A stretch of DNA of 64,000 nucleotides from an uncultured Acidobacteriota bacterium (GCA_963713825.1 CAVQNG010000003.1:1664001-1728000); one strand, 5' to 3'; numbered from the stretch's first letter, positions 18,101 through 28,044 are shown. Notes: a model not told the origin generated them from the sequence alone. Numbers and translations: made by a program.

Positions 18101-20897
18101 CACGACGTTCACCATGTCTTCCGACACGACGGCCGGCGGTGAACTGCGTTCGATCAGCGCTTTCGGCCCCGAGAACTGCGACCCGGTAACCGGCGGAGGA
18201 CGCTTCGGTGAGTGCACCCTGTTCGCGCCGCGTGATCCGAACCAGGTCACGATTACCATCCGCTCTTACCAGATTAATCCGGAGCCGACCCGTGTCTGGA
18301 ATCCGCATGGCGATCCAGGGTCCCCGCAAACCCTTCCCAGCGTCATCGTGGCCGACTACTGGTGCGAGCAGGCCGGCGAAGGATGTTCGTTCGCCCAGGA
18401 TGGACCCGAGTTGGAACCCGACTCGAATACCGCCGATGTAGCCCCGACGCCGGTGCAAGCTGGGAAGACCGTGACCTTCCCGCTAGACGGTTTCAGCTAC
18501 ACCAATGTAGGCACCCAGGCGGCTCAGGAGCATGGAATCGGCTACTACATCTCGGCGGCTTCCGAGGTGGAGGACCTGCCGCGCAATAACGACGGTACGA
18601 TCGACACCGGCGGCCCTGAGACCGAACTACTCGATTGGGTGGCCGCCGCTGCACTGGAACCGGAAGACGCTGCGAATGTTGGTTCGAAAGAACTGACGAT
18701 TCCGCTCGACATTCCCAGGCCCGATGGCGGAGTGGGCACCTACTATGTCTGGGTCTACATCGATGATCAGCGAGTCGTCTCCGAGATCGACGAAGACAAC
18801 AACTTCATCCGGGGTGGACCGATCATGGTGGTGCCGGCAAACGAGCCGCCAGGCAACATCGGGTTTGGAACGATTGTCGACGCCAACGAGGGGGAACCCG
18901 TCACGCTGACGGTGACGTTCGACGATCCAGGAGATACCGGCGAAGGCTACACCTACATCTGGGACTTCGGGGATGGGACGACTTGCGATTCCAGTGAGAC
19001 TCCCGACGACTGCGGAATGACTGCGGTCCACATCTATGAGGAAGATGGCCTCTACAACCTCACAGTGACCATCATCGATAGCGGTGGGCTCGATGGGACC
19101 GGCTCGGTCGAGGTGGAGATTCTCAACGTTGCGCCCGCAGTCGATGCAGGGCCAGATGTGACTATCGATGAAGGTATTGATTTCACGAGTTTCGGGAGTT
19201 TCATCGACCTTGGAGCCGACACCTGGACGGCGACCGTGAGCTACGGTGATGGATCGGGAGGCCAACCGTTGGCCCTCAACCCTGACCAGACCTTCACCTT
19301 GAGTCACTCGTACGCATCGGATGGTGTCTATACAGTGACCGTGACGGTCTCGGACGACGATGGTGGATCTGCCAGCGACACTGCCACGGTGACTGTGGCG
19401 AATGTGGCGCCGGTGGCGAACAGCCAGTCGGTGACAACCGCCGAGGACACGCCGGTCGGGATCACGCTCACGGGTTCGGATGTCGGAGGAGACGAGCTGA
19501 CCTACAGGGTCACTTCGGGTCCCGCGTCCGGGGCTGTGAGTGGCTCGGCGCCAAACCTGACCTACACACCCAACCTGAATTCCAATGGCTCGGACTCGTT
19601 CGATTTCGTGGTCAACGATGGAAAGATCGATTCCGCTCCGGCGACAGTGATGATCACCGTCGACGCGATCAACGATGCGCCGATTGCGGTGGCGGATACC
19701 TACGCCACGAGTGAGGACGTGCCGCTCATCGGTGCCGCTCCTGGAGTACTGGATAACGATACTGACGTTGACAGCGCCACCTTGACGGCTGCGGTGGTCT
19801 CTGGCCCTTCAAATGGCACGCTGGTGCTCAGTCCTGACGGGTCCTTCAACTACACGCCGAATACAGACTTCAACGGTTTGGACAGCTTCACCTACGTTGC
19901 CAACGACGGAGCTGCCAATTCCACCGCTGCGACGGTGACGGTCACCGTGAACGAGGTCAATGACAGCCCGGTGGCCAACGTGGATCTGTATGGAACGAAT
20001 GAGGACACCCCGTTGTCCGTCGGCCCGCCTGGAGTGCTCGGTAACGACACCGACGTGGACAGCGCGACGCTGACTGCAGAGTTGGTGAGTGGTCCAAGTA
20101 CTGCCGCAGGCTCTTTGGTTTTCAGTTCCGATGGCTCATTTACTTTCACACCTGCCGCCGAAGTTTTCGGTACGGCAACGTTCAGCTATCGAGCGTTTGA
20201 TGGAAACAGCTACTCGGCTCCAGCCGACGTCACCATTACCGTTGCCTCGATCAATGACGTACCGGTGGCGAACGACGACGCCTACGTCCGGACCGACGGT
20301 GCCTCTCTGACGGTCGCTGCACCGGGAGTCCTCGAAAATGACACGGACGTTGCGGATGGTGACACCTTGACTGCAGTTCTGGCCTCTGACCCCACGAATG
20401 GAGCTCTGAGCCTGAACGCAGATGGGTCGTTCAACTACACGCCGAATCCGGGGTTCTTCGGTTTGGACAGCTTCACCTACAAGGCGTACGACGGTACTGA
20501 CGAATCCAGCCCGGCCACTGTAACCGTAGGCCTGCCCTACGGCTTTGTCGGCTTGCTCTCGCCTTGGAAAGAGAAGCCGCTCTACACGTTCAAGGTTGGC
20601 AGTTCGTTCCCGATCTCCTGGCAATACACTGATCCGGCCACGGGTGGGGTCGTAGACAGCGAGGACGCCATGATCGAGGTGCGAATCAAGGGAGCCTTCG
20701 ACTGTAACCAGGGTGAGAATGGTGACGTCGTAGAGATCATCAAGTTCCCAGGCAACAGCGACTACCGGTACTCCACCGGTACTCACAAACTGAACTGGGA
20801 TACCAATAATCAGGAGCTGGGCTGCTACAACCTTCGGATCTACAGTGGCCTGACGGGACAGATCAACGGACCGTTCAAGGTCAAGATTCGGAAGTAG
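15195..20897 (+). CDS. 1900-aa secreted/surface protein: BNR-sialidase-like propeller, NPVPR repeats, CARDB, PKD, four Big_9/cadherin-like repeats, PxKF-like C-terminal domain
   Basis: Signal peptide; Asp-box-like SYDGGITW, STNNGVKW, STNGGNTW; EIDEDNN; WDFGDG; VLDNDTDVD...DGSFNYTP repeats; GFVGLLSP...KVGSSFPISW. Confidence 0.85.
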   Translation: MKKSVLMMLLVALAVLAIGQVGYAQQVGDNINVLPVFKSAADYIDELDYARGDLYGNRQGEPKIAVSTANPDHMLAVFNDFRLVDAPDDPPLPGLLASLPEEKHWALTRYFGVPTPVFEQPAHLAGVEAGIGMSVSYDGGITWVGGYVPGQFDGDTTPASLASPGYGLEGGSDPILLAAPCGKFYMVWLQFTRNGVSRLMAALIQDHNDSDLEHTFTWEHTTLIAEANNSANGPFVDKPEASLSLTGASDCSDITEELNVTWTQFTGKGNLSNFQNKLFFGKSVDRAQTFDITKVDDNYTDTSGTATVVDPVTNDIYVFFRSFNPPTMVMTKSTNNGVKWTKPVDLLDTAPMEPFDQPTVSILDMPYGSSIKDEIAPRANAFPTAAITPDGGTLMLAWHERVTLEGAPDPFEAPKVVMIYSTNGGNTWSDRVVIAPTHPPSPSGLGFFNPGFPVGPQIQPRLSCTAGEPNQCLAIFFESRPFAEPWSNPVNSGDVQSNGLSADGFVGGYDRVMDVRGVLIDAPIGGDPVFNPSFQISRYSYRPLLLGEETGETVDYVEEICPPGQTCYPSLNYSGYPHTGGGTSPFLHDYLSNDPLVTHVKDAETGVWRVAERPEDTPYGAAFITAFPDNRNVVRPFENWDGSPIPEGDNWQGFGVYTPAGFELDTNGQPVFGSCFNPGSRDQNVLTAKISLGLRVTAPTNYKPFEAPVIEFPMTIWNNTGQERQFELMLTGNPDASFAKDPDGDYPFPLQDGAVKILPYSSSSLNVYVVDGVPGTVTDPVTVNVVECDFVDCALPVGDPLTGSITFNAPAYAPPGTATPNYQYQSSAVAVNPVPRNPVPRNPVPRNPVPRNPVPRNTTTEEPVPVYDVIDYSWTVTTASADDAGTYLTIPNIDKAFQDDYIFQVFVTKPSTLHQVDGACNPSNLPLGTLVGHISDPANPVPRNPVPRNPVPRNPVPRNASLSDTLVQNTTFTMSSDTTAGGELRSISAFGPENCDPVTGGGRFGECTLFAPRDPNQVTITIRSYQINPEPTRVWNPHGDPGSPQTLPSVIVADYWCEQAGEGCSFAQDGPELEPDSNTADVAPTPVQAGKTVTFPLDGFSYTNVGTQAAQEHGIGYYISAASEVEDLPRNNDGTIDTGGPETELLDWVAAAALEPEDAANVGSKELTIPLDIPRPDGGVGTYYVWVYIDDQRVVSEIDEDNNFIRGGPIMVVPANEPPGNIGFGTIVDANEGEPVTLTVTFDDPGDTGEGYTYIWDFGDGTTCDSSETPDDCGMTAVHIYEEDGLYNLTVTIIDSGGLDGTGSVEVEILNVAPAVDAGPDVTIDEGIDFTSFGSFIDLGADTWTATVSYGDGSGGQPLALNPDQTFTLSHSYASDGVYTVTVTVSDDDGGSASDTATVTVANVAPVANSQSVTTAEDTPVGITLTGSDVGGDELTYRVTSGPASGAVSGSAPNLTYTPNLNSNGSDSFDFVVNDGKIDSAPATVMITVDAINDAPIAVADTYATSEDVPLIGAAPGVLDNDTDVDSATLTAAVVSGPSNGTLVLSPDGSFNYTPNTDFNGLDSFTYVANDGAANSTAATVTVTVNEVNDSPVANVDLYGTNEDTPLSVGPPGVLGNDTDVDSATLTAELVSGPSTAAGSLVFSSDGSFTFTPAAEVFGTATFSYRAFDGNSYSAPADVTITVASINDVPVANDDAYVRTDGASLTVAAPGVLENDTDVADGDTLTAVLASDPTNGALSLNADGSFNYTPNPGFFGLDSFTYKAYDGTDESSPATVTVGLPYGFVGLLSPWKEKPLYTFKVGSSFPISWQYTDPATGGVVDSEDAMIEVRIKGAFDCNQGENGDVVEIIKFPGNSDYRYSTGTHKLNWDTNNQELGCYNLRIYSGLTGQINGPFKVKIRK
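17688..17765 (+). repeat. Intragenic 15-bp repeat x5 encoding (NPVPR)5
   Basis: AAYCCGGTRCCGAGR-like units. Confidence 0.95.
18009..18071 (+). repeat. Intragenic 15-bp repeat x4 encoding (NPVPR)4
   Basis: AAYCCTGTGCCGAGG-like units. Confidence 0.95.
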
Positions 20898-20927
20898 GCC
20901 GAGAGCTGGGTGACCCCAGAAGACCAT

Positions 20928-20960
20928 CGACCCCGGCTGCCTTCCAGGTGGCCGGGGTCG
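20928..20960. terminator. GC-rich hairpin between convergent genes, possible terminator
   Basis: CGACCCCGGCTGCCT-TCC-AGGTGGCCGGGGTCG; U-tract is weak. Confidence 0.6.
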
Positions 20961-20977
20961 TTCTCACAGTCTAGAGG

Positions 20978-23900
20978 TCAGCCTGTTTCGGCTTGGCCCA
21001 GCAAGCTCCATCGCTGGCTCGCGTCGGCTGCGAGTGGGTCGGGTGAATCGGCTTCGGTCCTATGCTCGAGGAACCACTCGTAGTTCTCTCGCGCTTCGGC
21101 GACACCGATTGCCTGCTGGGCTCGCGCCAGCCAGTAGTAGGCCTCTGGCAGGTAGCGAAGACTCGGCGTGTCGTAGAAGAAGACGTCGGTCACCTCTCCA
21201 TGGCGCTCTACCGCTAGGTCGAGCTCGGCCATCGCCTCGGGGTAGAGCTCCCTGTCGACGTAGAGCCTGCCGAGGAGAAAGCGAGCGAACCAGGTGTCGC
21301 GCCGCTCGATGCTGTCACGGAACTTCTCGATGGCCTTCGCGTACTGACCCTGGCTTACCGCAACCTCGGCTTCGATGAGACGGGCATAGGCGCTTGTCAA
21401 GGTCTGTAACCGATTGTCGAGCTCCAGTGCGATTGCTTCCGCTTCCGCCACTGATCCGGCGTGAAGAAAAACGAGGGCAGCAGGGAAGACCACGCTCTCG
21501 TGAGAGCTGAGCTCGATGGCCTTGCGTGCCGACTCGATAGCTCCCTTCTTGTCGTCGACCACGAGCAGGGCCTCGGCTGCAGCCACGTAACTCTGGGCCA
21601 GCATCCCAGAGTTGCCAGATTCCTCGTCCTGAACGATGGCCTGTTCCAGGATCTCCAGTGCCTGGCTGAATCCGCCCCGGTACATTTCGAGATCCGCCCT
21701 TCCGAAACTGGCCAGCGACGACCCGTAGGGGCTCGTCTCAGCAAGGAGGTCGTAAACGGAAAGAGCGCTGTCGAACTCATCGCGCGCCAGTCTCGACAAC
21801 GCTACAGGAAGGAACGCGAGCTCGAATGTCGGCACCTGTTCTACAACCCTGGAGCCCTCGGCCTCGGCGGTATCGAAGTCGCCGGCATACATCGAGTACA
21901 TCGCATAGTTGTAGCGGTCCGCCCACTGACCAGGGTAGAGCTCCAATGCCAAACGACCCTCTTCGAGGGCGCGTTGCACGTTGCCGGTGTTCAGATAGGC
22001 CAGCGCGAGGTTGCCGTGCCCTACGTTGTCTGCGGGGTAGAGCTCGACGAGAGTTTCGTAGTTCTCGATCGCCTTCTCGTAGTTGCGCGCCACACTCATG
22101 TAGTAGGTACCGAGCGTGCGGTACTTCTCGCGCTCGCTCATCCGATCGACGAGCTTGAGTGCCTCATCGTAGGCGGCCTTTGTCTTCTCTTCGTCCTTGA
22201 AGATCGTGTAGATGACGCCCATCCCGGCGTAGGCTCGGCCGAAATTCGGGTCGAGCTCGACCGTCTCCTGATAGGCGGCCAGCGCCTCTTCGTTCTTGTT
22301 GGCATCGGCCAGATTCTGCGCCCGAGTGTAGGCCTGTAGGGCCTCGAGCGAGCTTGCCGTGACCGTCTCGGAAGCAGCCAATCTTGCACTCTCGGGCGTC
22401 GAGTCACCAAGACGCTTACGTAGGTCGGAGGCGACACGCGCGACGGCTGACAGAACGTCTTCCCTCGTCTTGGCTGAAGCACTCGCCTTGGCCAGGGGCT
22501 TGGCGTCTTCGGTTTCGAGCGCTGCGTCGAGGGCCTCTACTGCAACGCGATATCCAGATCCCTTCTCGCTCACTGTTCCAGCCAAGACCACGTCGATCCC
22601 TTCGCGGCGCGAAATCAACTGCGCCATCTCTTCGTCGAGGCCACTCCCTGGCTGCAGCTCCTTCGCTGTATCGAGTGCGCTGGATCGCGAATAGGCGCTG
22701 ATGAAGCCGGCACCCTCCATGGCGATGGTGAGAGCCTGCTCGAGGGCGGAGTCGAAAGCCTGGTCTCCTGTCTCGTTCTGAAAGTCGGCAACGAGTATCG
22801 ACATGGGTTCCGGCGCCTCTTCTGGTGCGCGCGTTCGGGCAAACCAGAAGGTACCGGCCAGCAGAGCGACCACGATAGTGGCTGCCGTCGCCATCAGTTT
22901 CCAGGTCAGGGTTCTTTTGACCGGCTTCAGGGTGCCGTCATCGTCGAGAAGGTCGAGCGCCTGTTCGAGCTCCTTGGTGGTTTGGAATCGCTCGTTCGGG
23001 TCCGTCTCCAGACAGTGCGAAACGAGTTGCTCGAGCGGCTCGGGGATCTCCGGATCGACCTCTCGCAGTGGGGGAGGGGACTCCTTGGTTCGCTTCTGTA
23101 CCTCGGCAACCGCACTGTGGCCGCTCTTGGCCCGCCTCTTGCCGGCCAGCATGTCGTAGAGGATCAGCCCCATGGTGTAGAGGTCGGACCGTTGGTCGGC
23201 GACCTCGCCCCGGAACTGCTCGGGGGCCATGTACTCGAAGGTGCCGACGATGGCCCCAGCCACCGTGTGGCCGTGTACGGGAGTCGTTGTCGTGGGAGTC
23301 GGGATGTCACCGTCAGGAAGCGCTTTCTTGACCACCTCACTCGCCGAGCGAGCGATGCCGAAGTCCATGATGTAGGCGTTGCTGTCTGCCTTGGCGATCA
23401 TGATGTTCGCCGGCTTCATGTCGCGATGGACGACGCCGGCCTCGTGCGCGACGACCAGTCCGGAGACCACGTCGCGGGTGATCTGCAGCGCCTGAGGAAT
23501 CGGCAGCTTGCCTTCCCGTTTGATGATCGAGGACAGATCCTCGCCCTCGATGAAGGACATGGTGATGTACTTGATGCCCTCCATCTCGCCCAGGTCGTGA
23601 ATCCGCACGACGTTTTTGTGGGTGACCTCGCGGGCCAGGAGAAGCTCGCGCTTGAACCGCTGATCCAGCTCGGCGGCCATCTTGGGGTCAGAGGCGGCCT
23701 CGGGTCGAATGACCTTGATTGCGACCACGATCTCCAGCTCTGTGTCCCAGGCCTGATAGACGGCCCCCATGCCGCCCAACCCCAGGAGCTTGATGATGTG
23801 ATAGCGGTTGCCGAAGTTCTGGCCCGACTCGAGGGGCCCGTTGTCCTGCTTGGCCCTGGGTGGGGAAGGGGAGGGCTTGCCTGCGAGTAGCGTCGCATCC

Positions 23901-24205
23901 TCGCCCATCAGTTGTGTGGCATCTTCGTCCATCAGGACCGTGCCGTCTTCAGGGCGATCCGTCTCGTCTTGTGGCCCCGAGTCCTCGGTGGTTGGAGCCT
24001 CGATGACCGTCGCACCCTCGCCTGCGAACAGGGTCTCTTCGTGATCCTCTGAAGCGAGAAATTGAGTCTTATCCTCAGAGCCATCGGGCGTAGGGATCTC
24101 GGTCTCCCGCTCGCGGAACAGCGTGTCCAGGCCGATTGCGGCGCTGCAATCCGGACATCGGCCTTCGGCAGGCTCTATTTCGCTGGCACAGTGTGGGCAG
24201 ATCAT
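20978..24205 (-). CDS. Membrane Ser/Thr protein kinase with an N-terminal zinc ribbon and extracytoplasmic TPR repeats
   Basis: CPHC/CPDC; LGLGGMGAVY, VAIK, HRDMKPAN, DFG, YMAPE; one TM segment; TPR array. Confidence 0.93.
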   Translation of the reverse strand: MICPHCASEIEPAEGRCPDCSAAIGLDTLFRERETEIPTPDGSEDKTQFLASEDHEETLFAGEGATVIEAPTTEDSGPQDETDRPEDGTVLMDEDATQLMGEDATLLAGKPSPSPPRAKQDNGPLESGQNFGNRYHIIKLLGLGGMGAVYQAWDTELEIVVAIKVIRPEAASDPKMAAELDQRFKRELLLAREVTHKNVVRIHDLGEMEGIKYITMSFIEGEDLSSIIKREGKLPIPQALQITRDVVSGLVVAHEAGVVHRDMKPANIMIAKADSNAYIMDFGIARSASEVVKKALPDGDIPTPTTTTPVHGHTVAGAIVGTFEYMAPEQFRGEVADQRSDLYTMGLILYDMLAGKRRAKSGHSAVAEVQKRTKESPPPLREVDPEIPEPLEQLVSHCLETDPNERFQTTKELEQALDLLDDDGTLKPVKRTLTWKLMATAATIVVALLAGTFWFARTRAPEEAPEPMSILVADFQNETGDQAFDSALEQALTIAMEGAGFISAYSRSSALDTAKELQPGSGLDEEMAQLISRREGIDVVLAGTVSEKGSGYRVAVEALDAALETEDAKPLAKASASAKTREDVLSAVARVASDLRKRLGDSTPESARLAASETVTASSLEALQAYTRAQNLADANKNEEALAAYQETVELDPNFGRAYAGMGVIYTIFKDEEKTKAAYDEALKLVDRMSEREKYRTLGTYYMSVARNYEKAIENYETLVELYPADNVGHGNLALAYLNTGNVQRALEEGRLALELYPGQWADRYNYAMYSMYAGDFDTAEAEGSRVVEQVPTFELAFLPVALSRLARDEFDSALSVYDLLAETSPYGSSLASFGRADLEMYRGGFSQALEILEQAIVQDEESGNSGMLAQSYVAAAEALLVVDDKKGAIESARKAIELSSHESVVFPAALVFLHAGSVAEAEAIALELDNRLQTLTSAYARLIEAEVAVSQGQYAKAIEKFRDSIERRDTWFARFLLGRLYVDRELYPEAMAELDLAVERHGEVTDVFFYDTPSLRYLPEAYYWLARAQQAIGVAEARENYEWFLEHRTEADSPDPLAADASQRWSLLGQAETG

Positions 24206-24431
24206 CGAGGTATGAAAGGTACTTTATCCGCCAGCCTCACCAGCAGTCCACAGGTATCGAGCTCCTTGGAGCAGCGCGATCCAGGTTCGAGCGACGGAAC
24301 GACCCGGGGGTAGAGAAAGCAACCCGTGGGGCATAACATAGCCCTCGCAACGGTTTCGACACTTCAAGTCAATTCCAATCAAAGGAATCAACCTCTCATC
24401 AGCCCAACTTCCCGGGGGGAGAACTCATCTC

Positions 24432-27400
24432 ATGAAGCGCTTTTTAGGGATCATCGTCGCCATCGCGCTGGTATTGCCGTTCAACGTCGCAGCACAAGAA
24501 GCGGAGGAGGACAACGGCTCCGTTCTGAAGGCTGGGACCTTCGCGGGACTCGAGTTACGAGGCATCGGGCCAGCCCTGATGTCGGGTCGTATCGCCGACG
24601 TGGCGCTCAACCCGGAGGACCCTTCCATTTGGTATGTCGCGGTAGGTAGCGGCGGCGTCTGGAAGACCGAGAACGCAGGTACGACCTGGGAGTCGATCTT
24701 CGATGGCCAGGAGTCGTATTCGATCGGCTGTTTGAGGCTCGACCCGAACAACTCGAACACGGTGTGGGTCGGTACTGGAGAGAACGTCGGTGGCCGCCAT
24801 GTCGGTTATGGAGACGGTGTCTATCGGAGCCTCGATGGCGGACAGACCTGGAAGAACATGGGTTTGAAGGAGTCGGAGCACATCGGCACCATCCTCGTCG
24901 ATCCTCGTGATTCGAATGTCATTTATGTCGCATCCCAGGGTCCCCTGTGGTCGGGTGGCGGCGATCGTGGCCTCTACAAGTCGATCGATGGCGGTGAGAA
25001 CTGGGAAAAGATCCTCGGCGGTGGCGAGTACACCGGTGCCAACGAAGTGGCCATGGATCCGAGCAATCCGGACGTCCTGTACGCCGCCATGCATCAGCGG
25101 TTCCGCACCGTGGCCGCGCTCATCGATGGAGGCCCAGAGAGCGCCATCCACAAGTCCACCGATGCCGGCGCGACCTGGCGCAAGCTGGAGAGTGGACTGC
25201 CCAAAGAGGACATGGGCAAGATCGGCCTCGCAATCTCGCCCCAGAAACCCAATGTCGTTTACGCCACCATCGAGCTGGCCTGGCGCAAAGGTGGGTTCTA
25301 TCGCTCCGAAGATGGTGGGGAGAGCTGGGAGAAACGAAGCGACTATCTGTCGGGTGGTACCGGTCCCCACTATTACCAGGAGATCTTCGCCAGTCCGCAC
25401 TACTTCGATCGTGTCTACCAGATGGATCCGGACATGCACGTGACCTACGACGGCGGCAAGACCTTCGTGCCGCTCGGGGAGAAGGACAAGCACGGCGACA
25501 ACCACTCCATCAATTTCCATCCCACGGATAGCGAGTACGTGCTGGTCGGCAGCGATGGGGGGCTCTACGAATCCTGGGATCACGGCCAGAACTGGAAGTT
25601 CATCGCCAATCTGCCGATCACACAGTTCTACAAAGTGGCGGTCGACTACGACGAGCCCTTCTACAACGTCTACGGTGGCACCCAGGACAACAACTCCCAG
25701 GGTGGGCCATCGCGCACGGACAATATTCACGGCATCCGTAACAGTGACTGGTTCATCACGTTGTTTGGCGACGGCCATCAGTCCGCCGTCGATCCGACGA
25801 ACCCCGATATCGTCTACGCTCAGTGGCAACAGGCCAATCTGGTTCGCTACGATCGCAAGACCGGCGAAATCGTCTACATCCAGCCGCAGCCGGGCAAGGG
25901 TGAGCCAGCCGAGCGCTGGAACTGGGACAGCCCGATCCTGATCAGTCCCCACGATCCGGCACGGCTCTACTTCGCCAGTCAGCGGGTATGGCGCAGCGAC
26001 GATCGCGGTGACAGCTGGCAGCCCATCAGCGGCGACCTGTCCCTCGGTCAAGATCGGATCACCATGCCCATGATGGGACGCGTCTGGTCGGTGGATGCCA
26101 TCTGGGATCTGTGGGCCATGTCCAACTTCGGCAATGTGACATCGCTAGCAGAATCGCCTCTCCAGGAAGGACTGATCTATGCCGGCACCGATGACGGCCT
26201 GATTCAAGTGACCGACGATGGCGGCGCCAATTGGCGGCGGGTCGGTGTGCCCGGCATTCCGGATGGCAGCTTCGTGAACGACGTCAAGGCCGACCTCTAC
26301 GATGTAGACACGGTCTACGCTGCCTTTTCTAACGACAAGACGGGCGATTTCGCCCCTTATCTCGTCAAGAGCACGGATCGAGGTCGGACCTGGAGGTCGA
26401 TGGCCGGCGATCTGCCGGATAGGCACCTGGTCTGGCGCATCGTGCAGGATCATGAGAAGGCCGACCTGTTCTTCGCCGGCACCGAGTTTGGCATCTTCTT
26501 CACCATCGACGGTGGGAGCCAGTGGATCCAGCTGTCCGGCAACGCCCCGACGATTCCCTTCCGCGATCTGGTGATCCAGAAGCGGGAGAACGATCTGGTC
26601 GGCGCTTCGTTCGGTCGCAGCTTCTGGATTCTGGACGACTACTCACCGCTGCGCTCCGTGACCGAGCAGTTGCTGGAGGAGCCGGCGACACTGTTCCCCG
26701 TTCGTGACACTTGGTGGTACATCCAGCGGCGGCCCCTGGGGGGTGGAGAAAAGGCGAATCAGGGAACGGCCTTTTTTACGGCTCCCAATCCGCCGTTCGG
26801 TGCGGTATTCACCTACTACCTCAAGGACGGGCTGCAGACCCAGAAAGCAATCCGGCAGGAGGCGGAGAAGGAAACTGCCAAGGAGGGTGGCGACACTCTC
26901 TATCCCGGCTGGGACGCGCTTCAAGAGGAAGCTAGAGAAGAAGACCCGGCAATCGTGCTGATCGTCCGGGACTCGAGTGGCAATGTGGTGCGACGGGTGA
27001 CAGGTCCGAGCGGAGCTGGCTTCCATCGGGTGGCCTGGGATCTGCACTATCCCAAAACCGACGCGATCACCAGCCTGGAGCCGGGCGAAAGCTGGATGCC
27101 CAGCTTCGGTCCTCTGTCTGTACCTGGTACCTACACCGTGACCCTGGCCCAGCGCTTAGCGGGGGAGGTCACGCCTCTCGGCGAACCGCAGAGCTTCGAG
27201 GTGAAGCAGATGAAGAAGGGCACACTGCCAGGGTCGTCGCCCGAGGCAGCGGTGGCCTTCTCGCGCGAGCTGGCCGAGACCAAGAGGCAGGCGCAGGGTG
27301 TGGCCGAGATCTTCGAAGCCACGGGTGAGCAGCTCAAGCTCATCAAGCACGCCTTGATGCAATCCACGGTGAGCGACGCCTCGCTCGACGACGAGGTCAG

Positions 27401-27707
27401 GGCGTTGGAGCAGAGGTTGTTCGATCTGAGGGCGCTGGCTGTCGGTAACGAGGTTCAGGACCAACTCGGTGAGCCGGTTCCGCACACCATCGAGCGACGA
27501 CTCTCAGCGGCTTCCATCGGCACCATGATGTCCACCTACGGCCCGACGGCCGACCATCGCAAGACCCTCGATATCGCTCAGGAGGAACTGGCGGAGGTCA
27601 GCGCTGGTCTGGCGCAGCTCGTGGACGTCGATCTCCCAGCCTTCGAGCAGAAGCTCGAGGCAGCGGGAGTGCCCTGGACACCGGGGCGTGGAGTACCGGG
27701 TCTGTAG
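24432..27707 (+). CDS. Secreted BNR/Asp-box (VPS10/sortilin-like) glycosyl hydrolase-like protein
   Basis: Signal peptide; RGIGPALMSGRI; many S-x-D-G-G-x-x-W boxes; GGTQDN. Confidence 0.88.
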   Translation: MKRFLGIIVAIALVLPFNVAAQEAEEDNGSVLKAGTFAGLELRGIGPALMSGRIADVALNPEDPSIWYVAVGSGGVWKTENAGTTWESIFDGQESYSIGCLRLDPNNSNTVWVGTGENVGGRHVGYGDGVYRSLDGGQTWKNMGLKESEHIGTILVDPRDSNVIYVASQGPLWSGGGDRGLYKSIDGGENWEKILGGGEYTGANEVAMDPSNPDVLYAAMHQRFRTVAALIDGGPESAIHKSTDAGATWRKLESGLPKEDMGKIGLAISPQKPNVVYATIELAWRKGGFYRSEDGGESWEKRSDYLSGGTGPHYYQEIFASPHYFDRVYQMDPDMHVTYDGGKTFVPLGEKDKHGDNHSINFHPTDSEYVLVGSDGGLYESWDHGQNWKFIANLPITQFYKVAVDYDEPFYNVYGGTQDNNSQGGPSRTDNIHGIRNSDWFITLFGDGHQSAVDPTNPDIVYAQWQQANLVRYDRKTGEIVYIQPQPGKGEPAERWNWDSPILISPHDPARLYFASQRVWRSDDRGDSWQPISGDLSLGQDRITMPMMGRVWSVDAIWDLWAMSNFGNVTSLAESPLQEGLIYAGTDDGLIQVTDDGGANWRRVGVPGIPDGSFVNDVKADLYDVDTVYAAFSNDKTGDFAPYLVKSTDRGRTWRSMAGDLPDRHLVWRIVQDHEKADLFFAGTEFGIFFTIDGGSQWIQLSGNAPTIPFRDLVIQKRENDLVGASFGRSFWILDDYSPLRSVTEQLLEEPATLFPVRDTWWYIQRRPLGGGEKANQGTAFFTAPNPPFGAVFTYYLKDGLQTQKAIRQEAEKETAKEGGDTLYPGWDALQEEAREEDPAIVLIVRDSSGNVVRRVTGPSGAGFHRVAWDLHYPKTDAITSLEPGESWMPSFGPLSVPGTYTVTLAQRLAGEVTPLGEPQSFEVKQMKKGTLPGSSPEAAVAFSRELAETKRQAQGVAEIFEATGEQLKLIKHALMQSTVSDASLDDEVRALEQRLFDLRALAVGNEVQDQLGEPVPHTIERRLSAASIGTMMSTYGPTADHRKTLDIAQEELAEVSAGLAQLVDVDLPAFEQKLEAAGVPWTPGRGVPGL

Positions 27708-27730
27708 GTCGCGCGGTGCTTGCGACCTGA

Positions 27731-27766
27731 GGGCGTAGGGGCTTAGGGGCGTAGGGGCTTAAGGGG
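27731..27766 (+). repeat. G-rich octamer tandem repeat (TAGGGGCK)n
   Basis: GGGCGTAGGGGCTTAGGGGCGTAGGGGCTTAAGGGG. Confidence 0.85.
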
Positions 27767-27812
27767 TCCCCCTCCTGCTCGCCTGTTCTTCCACGACCGA
27801 TGAAACTAGTGG

Positions 27813-27975
27813 GAGGTCCGTTCGGGTGGCTCGCAGGCGGACGGTGGCGGCTACTCAGACTGCAATGGGGGGCCGCCACCTCGTCTCGTCATCGCGCCCC
27901 ATCTCCTGCGACCTATCAAGGACCTGGCGCTGCGCTCGACTCGGCGCCCCCTGTCGAGTCACCCGAACGAACCTC
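27813..27975 (+). repeat. 163-bp palindromic element, family 1, copy A (MITE/REPIN-like)
   Basis: About 25-bp terminal inverted repeats; core shared with four other copies. Confidence 0.9.
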
Positions 27976-28044
27976 TGGCACCGGTATGTCGGCTGAGGCC
28001 TCAGAGCTGCCGTGGCTGACCCTAGAAGAGGATGTGACATCCCA

